From Candidatus Dadabacteria bacterium (GTDB lineage: Bacteria; Desulfobacterota_D; UBA1144; Nemesobacterales; CSP1-2), in contig CAWDVW010000002.1 of the NCBI GenBank assembly GCA_963805855.1, positions 256,001 to 320,000 on the forward strand: DNA of 64,000 bases. The letters run 5' to 3'. The number at the start of each line of letters is the position of its first letter. The first letter of the stretch is position 1. Shown here piece by piece: positions 51,923 through 63,324 of this stretch. The notes under the pieces are model-generated. The model was not told the DNA's origin. It did no database searches and saw nothing but the letters and a program-made list of their open reading frames with translations. The position numbers and the translations under genes were made by a program.

Positions 51923-53053
51923 TTAGTTCTGGAATTTCTTGGCGAGTTGAAGCCTACTATTCACACCCAGTTTTCTATATATATTGGTTAGGTGGGTCTT
52001 AACAGTCTTCTCACAAATAAAGAGTTTCTGAGCGATAACCTTATTGCTAAGTCCGTCGGCGATGAGATTTGTTATCTCTTGTTCCTTGTTTGTAAGGATA
52101 TTTTTAAAGACAAAAGGCTTCCCTTTTTGGATTATGACAAATCGGGTTATTATTTTTTTCATTATTTTAAGATCTCCCCAAATCTCCTCCTTATTAACAA
52201 ATCTAATGGCTTGAATCAACTTTTCGGCTTTTGTGTTATTGGTCAAAAACCCCTTTACTCCCAGTGACAAGGCGTTGATCACAATTTCGTCATCTAGATT
52301 GCGTAATACTAGTAGAACCTCGGTTTTCAAATTCTTCTCTTTAATGGGTTCTTGAATTTCCTCTATCTCTAATTTGGATGAAGACGTATCTACGATTAAA
52401 ACATCATGTATAACGTTAACAATAAGAAAATTGAACCCTTCTTTATCCGACGCCACTGCTACTATGTCTATATCTTTTTCATCTTCCAAAATTTTCTGGA
52501 TTCCTTCAACAAAGATCGGTGACGAAGTTATTAAGGCGACCGAGATTATCTTTTTTTCCTTTGATCCAGAATGCACATTTTCGTCGGTCTGTGTTGCGAG
52601 ATCATTTTGCAATTTATCGTCAATTGTCTCAACGATTACAAGTGATTTCTTCACATCAGTCGGATCATGCATCCTGTGAAAAGAATTCCTAGACAGGAAC
52701 CTAGTACCGTCTCTACTCAGCAGGTGAAATTTGTGATGAATTTCTGATTTTCCATTCTTAAAAAAATCTTTCATTAAATTCTTCACTTTTTTTCTATCAT
52801 TTACGGGTATAACTTTATTAACTTGTTTACCAACTAACTGACCTACCTTATATCCCAGCTCATCTGCACAAAACTTGTTCACAGACATTATTTCCCCTCT
52901 ATCATTTATAACAAAGCACAACATTCGGCTTTCCTCAGATTGATATTGGAATCCTTGATTCGAATTCTCGTAGACATTTCTGCTTCCGGTAAAATGAATT
53001 TTTCTACTACTGGATTCAGAATCTTTATGCATTTTAATTATCTTTTCACCCAT
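51923..53053 (-). CDS. PAS + atypical receiver + LuxR-HTH transcriptional regulator
   Basis: PAS (G.I..VN......LGY), REC-like middle, LT.KE.EI..LIA.GLSNK.IA..LFI.EKTVK.H..NIY.KLGV.SR. Confidence 0.9.
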   Translation of the reverse strand: MGEKIIKMHKDSESSSRKIHFTGSRNVYENSNQGFQYQSEESRMLCFVINDRGEIMSVNKFCADELGYKVGQLVGKQVNKVIPVNDRKKVKNLMKDFFKNGKSEIHHKFHLLSRDGTRFLSRNSFHRMHDPTDVKKSLVIVETIDDKLQNDLATQTDENVHSGSKEKKIISVALITSSPIFVEGIQKILEDEKDIDIVAVASDKEGFNFLIVNVIHDVLIVDTSSSKLEIEEIQEPIKEKNLKTEVLLVLRNLDDEIVINALSLGVKGFLTNNTKAEKLIQAIRFVNKEEIWGDLKIMKKIITRFVIIQKGKPFVFKNILTNKEQEITNLIADGLSNKVIAQKLFICEKTVKTHLTNIYRKLGVNSRLQLAKKFQN

Positions 53054-53438
53054 TTCGATTACTAGAAAAACTTATAGAAATCAAACGCATATCGTTTTAG
53101 CACAAAGAGAGCATATTTTCTCCACCACAAAATAAAACTCCGTGCTGGAACAAATCAATGTTCCCTTTCGATTGCCTGTAGGTTAAATCACTCTCACTTG
53201 AGAACTCTCACCTATTCAGTAGCTAACATTATTACTTTACAACACAAAAGTCAATAGTTTTTTTCGCTAATTCATTTATTAGTTTAAGCCTATTCGTCGC
53301 GTTTGGATTCATACTTTTGAAGTCCCTAATATTGTAATGCATATGAATCGAATCGTTGCAGAACTTTGAACTTGCGTAAAGTGTAAAGTGGATATGGTCA
53401 TCGCTAATTTTGTAGTAGATTTATACTTATATATGACT

Positions 53439-53558
53439 ATGGCAAGATAAATGAGATGAGAATTTCCTGGTGCGCTATATCACATTACTTCACGCGGCAA
53501 CAACGAGCAGGAGATATTTTTGGATGGCGAGGGCTTCGAAGATAAAGAGGTAGATTGA
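53439..53558 (+). pseudogene. N-terminal fragment of an HUH (Y1/IS200-like, RAYT-type) transposase
   Basis: MAR*MR*EFPGALYHITSRGNNEQEIFLD, compare family start MARxLRxExPGAxYHxxxRGN. Confidence 0.85.
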
Positions 53559-53744
53559 TACAGTAAATAAAATCGACCTAATGCCGCCAAAAAATACTCA
53601 GAAAACATAAAGTCAATCAACAACCTCACTACAACGTTACTGTCACGAGCTAGACTCGTGACCTACCCTGGTATGAGGTAAGCTCCTGCTTCGCAAAATT
53701 CGCAGGGACGAGAGCGAGCGTTGTCTGAGTCGCTAATAACACAT

Positions 53745-53761
53745 TTATTCAGGCCCGACCC
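53745..53761 (-). repeat. Right 17-bp inverted repeat of the accessory block
   Basis: TTATTCAGGCCCGACCC; extra hairpins at 53643-53707. Confidence 0.75.
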
Positions 53762-53768
53762 TGTTATG

Positions 53769-54593
53769 TCACATTCCTGGTCGCGAATAGGGAAGCGCCG
53801 TCTCAGATACAAGAAGTGGAGAACCTAGTGGGACCGTTTTCACGAACCACTCTGAGTCTTTGATAGGAATGCGGATGCAGCCATGACTCGCAGGGTAAGG
53901 CGGCACAAACAGGTCCCCATGGACTGCGTAACCATCCACCTGGAAGAAGACAGGGTTGAACAACTCTCCTAAATGGTCCTTGTGAATTCCCCAAGAATGA
54001 GCGAAGAAATCAAAGTCGCCGATTGGCGTTTTTGCGACGCCAATCCCTCCTTCGAGATCTTCATACGATTTGCCCGAACCGCTTGAAATTGGAAGGACGC
54101 GGAGAATATCGTTATTTAAATACACAGTCATGACCTGGCGTTCGAGGTCAGCCTCTGAATGTATTCCTTTATGCACCTGTGCAGGCCGGGGTTGAATGGG
54201 GTTTTTCAATGCCATGATAACTCCGGGACTAATCTTGCCATCCCTCTTCAGCCCGTTCATCTTCTGAAATGCGATCAAGGCACACTCAAATAAAGGGTCT
54301 GCATTTCCGTCAACTTCGCCAGGGTCGTAGCCCAGGCGGCTTAGCTTCTGCTCGATTGCCTTAACGTGCTCCTCATCCCGCATTGACGGTGTCTTTTCTG
54401 AATTGGAATTGGTGCTCCCTTCTTTAACAGCATCGGCATCCCTGCACAGGGTTACGGCAACCGTCTCTCCCAGAGCATGATCAACCATCAGCAGGGAAGG
54501 CAGAATAGATAAAGTTATTAGCAGACAAAATTTCATGAGGGGGTTTAAATTAAAACGTCCAGATGACCTTCTGTAATTCATAGCGTCTGTCAA
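53769..54593 (-). CDS. L,D-transpeptidase (YkuD) with peptidoglycan-binding domain
   Basis: L..LGY.PG.VDG....AL.AFQ..NGL..DG; TP.G.F; AVHG...SHGCIR. Confidence 0.92.
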   Translation of the reverse strand: MTDAMNYRRSSGRFNLNPLMKFCLLITLSILPSLLMVDHALGETVAVTLCRDADAVKEGSTNSNSEKTPSMRDEEHVKAIEQKLSRLGYDPGEVDGNADPLFECALIAFQKMNGLKRDGKISPGVIMALKNPIQPRPAQVHKGIHSEADLERQVMTVYLNNDILRVLPISSGSGKSYEDLEGGIGVAKTPIGDFDFFAHSWGIHKDHLGELFNPVFFQVDGYAVHGDLFVPPYPASHGCIRIPIKDSEWFVKTVPLGSPLLVSETALPYSRPGM

Positions 54594-54636
54594 TTTCTAT
54601 TTGTGGTAATCAAATTTAATCTTGTCAGACAAGCTT

Positions 54637-55356
54637 CTATGTCAGGGTCTCTCCCGGTTTTAACTCGAGAATCTCCATGCCTTTAACGTCCTTCGTAAGC
54701 TCCCTAAGCTCCGCGGGAGTTCCAGTTAGAATAGGGAACGTGGCATAATGCATAGGGATTACGTACCTGGGTGAAAGGAATCGACAGGCATAGGATGCTT
54801 CTACAGGGGACATGGTGAACCAATCCCCAATTGGCAACATAACGAGTTCCGGCTTGTATATTTCACCGATCAGCTTCATGTCGCTGAAAATACAGGTGTC
54901 TCCAGCATGATAGATCTTAAACCCGTTTTCAAATTCAATCACGTATCCAGCAGGTTCCCCGGCATAAATGATATTACCATCTTCATCTATTATTCCACTG
55001 CTATGCTGGGCGTGGGTCATTGTGAATTTAATCCCCTCAACCGTTTGAGTCCCGCCCTTGTTCATTCCAGAGCAGTTTTCTACGCCCTTAGACCCCATCC
55101 AGTGACTGATTTCAAAGGTTGCTACCACAGTTGGCTTATGCTCCTTTCCGATTGCCACCCCATCGCTCATATGATCAAAGTGACCGTGAGTGATCGCCAT
55201 TATGTCGAGCCTGTCAAATTTCTTGTGATCCTCCGGGCAGGCAGGGTTTCCCTGTACCCAGGGATCTATCAAGATAATCTTACCTTTGGCGGACTTGATT
55301 CTGAAAGTAGCGTGCCCCAGGTAGGTAATTTCAACATCTCGGTTTAACTTTTCCAT
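54637..55356 (-). CDS. Metal-dependent hydrolase, MBL fold (UPF0173)
   Basis: YLGHA, IDPW, THGHFDH, HAGDT, LPIG, IPMHY. Confidence 0.92.
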   Translation of the reverse strand: MEKLNRDVEITYLGHATFRIKSAKGKIILIDPWVQGNPACPEDHKKFDRLDIMAITHGHFDHMSDGVAIGKEHKPTVVATFEISHWMGSKGVENCSGMNKGGTQTVEGIKFTMTHAQHSSGIIDEDGNIIYAGEPAGYVIEFENGFKIYHAGDTCIFSDMKLIGEIYKPELVMLPIGDWFTMSPVEASYACRFLSPRYVIPMHYATFPILTGTPAELRELTKDVKGMEILELKPGETLT

Positions 55357-55450
55357 TTTAATATCTCCGTCAATGTTTAGCGTATTAAAATTATCCACAA
55401 TGGGTGTAACAATGCAAATACGGTCAAAAATATTTTAGATAATAAAATTC

Positions 55451-55882
55451 ATGTTAGACTTAACAAGATTGAAATATAAGTTAATAGATCATACAGCCGA
55501 CGTATGCGTAAGGGTCTCCGGCAACTCACTGGAGGAAATTTTCGTTGGTTCCTCCAAGGCCATGATGGCAATAATCACTGATGTAGAGAAAGTGAATCCG
55601 TCCGTGGAAATTTCAATAAGCGCTCGGGCAGAAAATCATGAAGAGCTCTTGGTCAAGTGGCTTCAAGAGATTCTTTATCTTCACGAGGTTAAGAAAATGG
55701 TCTTCAAAGATTTCGAAATCAAAATAGAAAATGGAACCAAGGCAGTCGGCAAGGCATACGGTGAAAAGATAGATTTTGATAGGCACGAATTCTATTCTAA
55801 TATCAAAGCAGTTACTTATCACAATTTGAAAATTACTTATTCAAAGGATAAATACAGCGTAGACATTGTTTTTGATATATAG
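55451..55882 (+). CDS. Archease
   Basis: DHTAD, L..WL.E.LY, IKAVTYH, C-terminal FDI. Confidence 0.93.
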   Translation: MLDLTRLKYKLIDHTADVCVRVSGNSLEEIFVGSSKAMMAIITDVEKVNPSVEISISARAENHEELLVKWLQEILYLHEVKKMVFKDFEIKIENGTKAVGKAYGEKIDFDRHEFYSNIKAVTYHNLKITYSKDKYSVDIVFDI

Positions 55883-56022
55883 TGAAAGTGGTGCCCCGTT
55901 GAGATTAATTTATCCAGGGCCACGGATTTATCTTAAAATATTAAATCAATATCTCTAAACCAAGATCATACGAATAGAATAATATGACAGGCAACTAAAT
56001 TTCTCTAAAGAGACGACAGCAT

Positions 56023-57306
56023 ATGATTGATCCTAAAATTTTGGAAGAAAATATGGAATTGGTAAAGGCAAAATTGTCTCAACGAGGCCAGGGCATAGAC
56101 TTTGATATGATCGTCAGGATTGATGAAGAGCGAAGGAGGGTCATCAGGGAAGTTGAAGAATTTGAGCATCAAAGGAATATCGGTTCAAAAAGAGTGGGTG
56201 AGCTGAAGAGACAAGGCAGTGATGACGAGGCAGCCAAAATTCAGAGCAGGTTAAAAGATATCTCTGAAAACATTAAAGAGCTAAACACAAAAAGAACCCA
56301 GATCGAGAATGATTTCCAACTTCTATTATTAAATATCCCCAACATTCCCCACGAATCTGTACCTATTGGCAATGACGAATCGGACAACCTGGAGATTAGA
56401 CTTTGGGGCAAACCAAGGGAATTCGATTTTGTGTTTAAGGACCATGTAACAATCGGCAAAAGTCTGGATATACTTGATTTAGAAAGGGCAGCAAAAATCA
56501 CCGGTTCACGATTCGCCCTCTACAAGGGTCTCGGGGCAAGAATTGAAAGAGCACTCATAAACTTTATGATTGAAGAACACACAAATAAACATGGATACAC
56601 AGAGGTTCTTCCACCCTTTATCGCAAATCGTGATAGTTTTGTAGGAACCGGCAATCTGCCAAAGTTTGAACACGAACTCTTTAAAATCGAAAATACGGAC
56701 ATGTACCTGATTCCAACCGCAGAAGTCCCGGTTACGAATATCCACAGGGAGGAAATCCTCCTGGAGCAAGAGCTTCCAAAAAAGTATGTTGCCTATACCC
56801 CTTGCTTCAGAAAGGAGGCAGGCTCGTACGGAAAAGACGTGTATGGGATCATGAGACAGCACCAGTTCAACAAGGTCGAGCTGGTAAAATTTGTCCTTCC
56901 AGAAAGTTCTTATGATGAACTTGAAACACTAACAAATGATGCAGCTCGTATCCTCGAGCTTCTTGAGTTACCGTATAGGATAGTAGTCCTGTGTACGGGT
57001 GATATGGGATTCTCCTCCGCGAAGACATACGATCTGGAAGTGTGGGTTCCGAGCGAAAATAGATATAGAGAGATCTCCTCGTGTAGTAACTTTGAAGCCT
57101 TCCAGGCAAGGAGGGCAAATATTAGATACCGTTCAAGCTCCGGTGGCAAACCTAAGTTTGTTCACACCCTAAACGGTTCAGGACTTGCAATAGGTAGAAC
57201 TGTTATTGCCATTCTGGAGAACTATCAAAAAAGTGATGGATCTGTCCAGATACCAAAGGTACTGGTTCCTTATATGGGAGGCGTTAAGAGCATCCCCGCG
57301 CCCTAG
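56023..57306 (+). CDS. serS: Serine-tRNA ligase
   Basis: LIPTAE, FR.EAG..G.D..G..R.HQF.KVE, EISSCSN, HTLNGSGLA.GR. Confidence 0.98.
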   Translation: MIDPKILEENMELVKAKLSQRGQGIDFDMIVRIDEERRRVIREVEEFEHQRNIGSKRVGELKRQGSDDEAAKIQSRLKDISENIKELNTKRTQIENDFQLLLLNIPNIPHESVPIGNDESDNLEIRLWGKPREFDFVFKDHVTIGKSLDILDLERAAKITGSRFALYKGLGARIERALINFMIEEHTNKHGYTEVLPPFIANRDSFVGTGNLPKFEHELFKIENTDMYLIPTAEVPVTNIHREEILLEQELPKKYVAYTPCFRKEAGSYGKDVYGIMRQHQFNKVELVKFVLPESSYDELETLTNDAARILELLELPYRIVVLCTGDMGFSSAKTYDLEVWVPSENRYREISSCSNFEAFQARRANIRYRSSSGGKPKFVHTLNGSGLAIGRTVIAILENYQKSDGSVQIPKVLVPYMGGVKSIPAP

Positions 57307-57313
57307 TCAATTT

Positions 57314-57362
57314 CTGAATCGTGCACCGTGCATCTTGCATCCTGCATCTTGCATCCTGTATT
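57314..57362 (-). repeat. Tandem heptamer tract (NTGCATC on +, GATGCAN on -)
   Basis: ctgaatc gtgcacc gtgcatc ttgcatc ctgcatc ttgcatc ctgtatt. Confidence 0.85.
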
Positions 57363-57394
57363 GTATATAACATAGAAACCCAATTTGTATCACC

Positions 57395-58516
57395 ATGAAA
57401 TCTTCGAGCGCGGATTTCGACGTCATAATAGTGGGTGCTGGACCGGCAGGGGGAATGTGTGCTTATGAACTGTCAAAAAACAATATCAGTGTGCTTATAA
57501 TTGAAAAAGAAAGGCTCCCTCGATATAAGACCTGCGCGGGTGGCCTGACGAAGAAGGCCTACGAGATCCTTCCGAAGGATTTTCTGAGCTTAGTTGAAAA
57601 CGACACATACAGAGTAAATCTTACGCTTAATTATAGGTGGGGTTTCTCAAAAATAACATCATTCCCAATAGTAAAAATGGTAATGAGGGATAAATTGGAC
57701 TATTTTCTTGTAAAAAAAGCCGAACATTACGGGGCTCGGATCCTTGATAAAACAGTCATAAAGTCTATTGTGGAGTTATCAGATTGCATTCATGTGAGCA
57801 CTGAAGTAAAAAACTTTAAATCTAAGCTCATCGTGGGAGCAGATGGAATCACCGGATGCGTAGCACGATCCCTTGACTTGAGGAAGCACCCGACATGCGG
57901 CATCGCAATAGAAGGTGAATTAACTCCAAGACACAACTTATCACAATTAAAGGGATTCGATGGTTCCCTTCACCTGGATTTCAACGTCATCCCTAATGGT
58001 TATGGGTGGATTTTCCCGAAGAAGGAACATCTGTCAGTCGGCGTATTCACCACTCTTCCGCAGATGAGAGATATAAAGCGGCATTTTACCTCATACCTCA
58101 AACAGAAAGGACTCACTAATGGTTATCAGACTGAATCACTCACGGGACATCAAATTCCGATAGGAGGCAAGAACCGGGAGCCACTCAACTCGACGAGAGG
58201 AATACTCATAGGAGATGCAGCAGGACTAGCCGACCCGATAACAGGGGAAGGAATATATTTTGCACTCAGGAGCGGTCAAATAGCAGCAGGGGTGATAGGC
58301 AACTTTATCAATAATCCTAATCTCGCGCTGGATGAATACACAAAAGAAGTAAACTCAGAGATCATCGAGGATTTTAAATATGCAGGTTACCTGTCAACTT
58401 TACTATACAAATTAAGCTTCTTATCGTACAACCTTGCAATAAAGATAAACAGGATAAATGATAGCTTCGTGAAAGTTGTAGCCGGGGAAAAAACATATAA
58501 AGAGCTTTTCAGATGA
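57395..58516 (+). CDS. Geranylgeranyl reductase-family FAD oxidoreductase
   Basis: GAGPAG, PR.K.C.GG, GADG, GYGWIFP, GDAAG..DP.TGEGI. Confidence 0.9.
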   Translation: MKSSSADFDVIIVGAGPAGGMCAYELSKNNISVLIIEKERLPRYKTCAGGLTKKAYEILPKDFLSLVENDTYRVNLTLNYRWGFSKITSFPIVKMVMRDKLDYFLVKKAEHYGARILDKTVIKSIVELSDCIHVSTEVKNFKSKLIVGADGITGCVARSLDLRKHPTCGIAIEGELTPRHNLSQLKGFDGSLHLDFNVIPNGYGWIFPKKEHLSVGVFTTLPQMRDIKRHFTSYLKQKGLTNGYQTESLTGHQIPIGGKNREPLNSTRGILIGDAAGLADPITGEGIYFALRSGQIAAGVIGNFINNPNLALDEYTKEVNSEIIEDFKYAGYLSTLLYKLSFLSYNLAIKINRINDSFVKVVAGEKTYKELFR

Positions 58517-58568
58517 CCGATGAATAGTAACTTCAGCGTATCAATAAGCAACATTTCTTATGAGATAA

Positions 58569-58634
58569 ATGTAGCGGAAACCTTCAGGTTTCCATTCCAT
58601 TTGTCTTATGGAGGACTAAGGTCCTCCGCTACAT
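58569..58634. repeat. GTAG-type REP-like element
   Basis: atgtagcgga...tccgctacat ends with inner hairpins ggaaacct/aggtttcc and ggaggac/gtcctcc. Confidence 0.75.
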
Positions 58635-58675
58635 AAGAAAAGAGATATAATTTTCTGTATTCCACATCCAGTGAA

Positions 58676-58909
58676 TCAAAATTCGGCCTCTTTGCTCTTG
58701 TCCCTCTCCAACTTCTGGTAAATACTGAGGAAAATAGGGGCTAAAATTATACAGATAACAAAGACTATCAGACTGTTATAGGCAAGATTTGTTTCTGTTT
58801 CACTTACGCTTGCAAAAAAATGACGGAGCAAGACCATGACTACGAAAAACCCCGAAATCGCAGACAGAACAATTGATATCATAAAAAGGTAAGAGAATAG
58901 CTTAACCAA
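58676..58909 (-). CDS. Small 2-TM membrane protein
   Basis: AAGGAG before TTG; two hydrophobic helices. Confidence 0.7.
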   Translation of the reverse strand: MVKLFSYLFMISIVLSAISGFFVVMVLLRHFFASVSETETNLAYNSLIVFVICIILAPIFLSIYQKLERDKSKEAEF

Positions 58910-59268
58910 ATTTGCTCTCCTTCAACTTATTTATACCAAAATCAATTATCCCGCCACGTATTAATAAAACCCCAGTTGCAAATCGAAAAACATTTTGTAA
59001 AAAACGTGAGATTAACAAGTGAAGCCCGAGATAAGCTTTTTTTTCTGTATTTTAACACAAGACGATATGATCTTTAAGGGGATCAATCGGCCAACTATAA
59101 TCTTGGTTTACATCATACCACTTGAGAGCGCCTAAATTATACAAGAGCGGAAGACATTTATCAGGAAATAAAGCTGGAGGAATACATCTAAAGGTTTGCT
59201 AACATGATGAAATGATTTAAAAATGATTACAAAGTGGGAGAGAAGCACCGGCACCAACAGTACTGTAA

Positions 59269-60586
<1,318 letters not shown>

Positions 60587-61195
60587 CTAATCATCAATCG
60601 GTTCTCCCAACTGGTACCTGATAAATCTCCTTATTACTATGTTTTCCCCAAATTTTGCGACCAAGGATTTTAGCAGATCGGAAATCTTAATCTTCGGGTC
60701 CCTTATATAGGTTTGGTCCAGAAGGCAATTTTCCTCGAAGTACTTAACAATCTTACCCTCAACAATCTTATCCGCGACATTCCCGGTTTTTCCAGAATCT
60801 AAGACCTGGGCCTTTATCACTTCCTTTTCACGAAGTAACACGGCTTCGGGAACGTCTTCTCTACTTACGCAGCTTGGATTGGCTGCCGCAACCTGCATGG
60901 CAATTTCCTTAGCAAAATTTTGGAACTCCTGGTTTCTTGCAACAAAGTCGGTCTCACAGTTAATCTCCGCCATGACTCCGATTTTCCCACCGGCATGTAT
61001 GTACGAGGTGACAGTGCCTTCAGGGGTCTCCCTGCCCATTTTTTTCGAAGCCTTTGCAAGACCTTTTATCCTTAGAATATCTATTGCCCTCTCATAATCG
61101 CCATTAACTTCTTCAAGAGCCTTCTTGCAATCGATAAAAGGGGCACCTGTCCTGTCTCTGATTTCCTTTACCATCTGCGCGGTAATATCACTCAT
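60587..61195 (-). CDS. tsf: Elongation factor Ts (short form)
   Basis: VKE.R.RTGA...[20 protein letters not shown]. Confidence 0.97.
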   Translation of the reverse strand: MSDITAQMVKEIRDRTGAPFIDCKKALEEVNGDYERAIDILRIKGLAKASKKMGRETPEGTVTSYIHAGGKIGVMAEINCETDFVARNQEFQNFAKEIAMQVAAANPSCVSREDVPEAVLLREKEVIKAQVLDSGKTGNVADKIVEGKIVKYFEENCLLDQTYIRDPKIKISDLLKSLVAKFGENIVIRRFIRYQLGEPIDD

Positions 61196-62075
61196 TTTCT
61201 GTCTCCTCAGTATTTTCGGTCAGATCTGCAGAGTACACTTCCGGACTTAAGCCCGTCCCCGCTTCGTCAGCCTGACCGTATTCTTTAAACACAAAGACCT
61301 TTCTTTCCACAATAACCGGAGCTTTGTCTTCCTCAGGCTTTATGATCTCACCTGCCGCTACCCTCTGATCATAAATATGTTTCCCCTCAAGACAAGCGTC
61401 TGCGACCTTGGAAGTGAAAAGCTTAATAGCCCTTATTGCATCATCATTACTTGGAATAATAATATCAGCATTAGAAGGATCACAATTAGTATCTACAACC
61501 GCTACGATCGGTATATTAAGCTTCTTTGCTTCACTAACCGCGATATGTTCCTTTTTTGTATCTATAATAAACAGCGCTTCCGGAATTTTTTTCAAGTTTA
61601 TAATACCGTTTAAGAGATATTCAAGTTTTTGAATCTCCCTCTTTAATCCCTTTGCTTCCTTCTTTGGAAGACGCTCCATCTGCCCCTCTGATTCGAGGCT
61701 TTTAAGTTCTAATAGATAGTCAATGCGAGAACGGATTGTGTGAAAATTAGTCAATGTCCCCCCTAACCACCTTGTGTTTACAAAAGGCATCGCGCATCTG
61801 ATCGCCTCCTCCGCAATAATACCCTGAGCCTGCTTTTTCGTGCCAACGATAAGAACCTCGCCGCCGTCCGCCACTATATCTTTTACAAAATTGAAGGCTT
61901 TTTTGAAAAGATTCACCGTTTGTTGCAAGTCGATTATATGAATGCCGTTCCGACTTCCAAAAATAAACGGTTTCATCCTCGGATTCCAGTGGCTTACCTG
62001 ATGTCCAAAATGCACGCCGGCCTCAAGCAGTTGCTTCATGCCGACAAATTCCCCAACCTGAGTCTCTTCGACCAT
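61188..62075 (-). CDS. rpsB: 30S ribosomal protein S2
   Basis: [30 protein letters not shown]. Confidence 0.98.
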   Translation of the reverse strand: MVEETQVGEFVGMKQLLEAGVHFGHQVSHWNPRMKPFIFGSRNGIHIIDLQQTVNLFKKAFNFVKDIVADGGEVLIVGTKKQAQGIIAEEAIRCAMPFVNTRWLGGTLTNFHTIRSRIDYLLELKSLESEGQMERLPKKEAKGLKREIQKLEYLLNGIINLKKIPEALFIIDTKKEHIAVSEAKKLNIPIVAVVDTNCDPSNADIIIPSNDDAIRAIKLFTSKVADACLEGKHIYDQRVAAGEIIKPEEDKAPVIVERKVFVFKEYGQADEAGTGLSPEVYSADLTENTEETENE

Positions 62076-62421
62076 AAATACCTCCTGATTAATTTAACAT
62101 TAACATAGAGACAAAATCTAATTTTAATAACATAAAATCGCGAATCTTTCAAGCGTATGCGCAAGTTATGTACAATCTAATTTGCTTATTAGAAACCCCT
62201 TTTTTGTCAAAACCTCATTGGATTAAGGAAGAGAAGTTTAGCTAACATTTTAGATACTATCGGTTGTGACCACTGCTGAACATAGTACATTCATTCTATA
62301 GGCTCAGGGTGTCAGAATCTCAAAATAGTTTTGTTACAATAGTTTTTGTTTAATAAATTAAAAGCTGCTATATTTACTAAAAATTAAGACTCAGGGATAA
62401 CAAAGAGAGGATTATCTACAC

Positions 62422-63303
62422 ATTAAATACCTGATAATAATAAATCCCATCGCCGGTAATGGAAAGACACAAAATCTTGTTCCATCAATCAAGTCCGTCT
62501 TAGATTCAAACAACATACAGTATGACCTTTGCTTCACGTCCGAACCCGGCCAGGCTGCAGAATTATCGAAAGATGGGGTCGACAAGGGGTACACCCATAT
62601 CGTTGCCGTTGGAGGCGATGGCACGGCGCACGAAGTCGTGAATGGCTTAGCCGGCTCCCCTGTGACCTTTGGAATGATACCCTCCGGTAGCGGAAATGAC
62701 TTTCCAAAGGCTGTTGGCATACCACTCGACATCCGATCATCGATAGAATTGCTCGTTCGTAACTCGACAAGGCTAATCGACCTCGGAATGCTGGGGGATC
62801 AATACTTCATAAATGGTCTCGGTATTGGTCTCGACGGCGCAGTCGCAGCTCGTTTCAGTAAAATGAAAAGACTCAGAGGGGAGATTGGATATTTGTGGGG
62901 GGCTATCATCGAGGCAATTAGGTTCCGGGGCTTCCAGATCGAGATTAGCACCGAAAACTGGAAATTCCGCGGGCCCGCTCTTCTTGCCGGCGCGTCAAAT
63001 GGTCAATGCCATGGGGGCAATTTCAAGTTGGTACCCCAGGCCAGAGCAGACGACGGACTCCTAGATATATACGTATTTGAAGATATGTCATTGATTAAGA
63101 GGATAGTCAGTTTGCCCAGGGTTCTTATAGGGAAACATACTAATATGCCAGGAGTACATTTTAAGCAGGTATCCAAAGCCGAAATAACATTGGATCGCGA
63201 AATCCAGGCCCACCTCGATGGAGAGCCGCTTTTGCTCGGTGCCGGGACACACACAATAAGCGTATATCCAAAAGCATTAAAGCTGCTCTCACCCTTATAT
63301 TAG
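62422..63303 (+). CDS. YegS/DgkB-family lipid kinase; likely non-canonical ATT start
   Basis: Frame extends upstream of the tracked ORF: IKYLIIINPIAG...GGDGT..EV.NG...GSGND...DGE; in-frame TAA at 62398. Confidence 0.85.
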   Translation: MKYLIIINPIAGNGKTQNLVPSIKSVLDSNNIQYDLCFTSEPGQAAELSKDGVDKGYTHIVAVGGDGTAHEVVNGLAGSPVTFGMIPSGSGNDFPKAVGIPLDIRSSIELLVRNSTRLIDLGMLGDQYFINGLGIGLDGAVAARFSKMKRLRGEIGYLWGAIIEAIRFRGFQIEISTENWKFRGPALLAGASNGQCHGGNFKLVPQARADDGLLDIYVFEDMSLIKRIVSLPRVLIGKHTNMPGVHFKQVSKAEITLDREIQAHLDGEPLLLGAGTHTISVYPKALKLLSPLY

Positions 63304-63324
63304 AGTAACTGAAACCCCGAACTC

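Noticed and set aside
53439..53558. In-frame stops as recoding or an alternative genetic code
   Set aside because: Housekeeping genes end with TAA, TAG and TGA normally; this is a decayed fragment.
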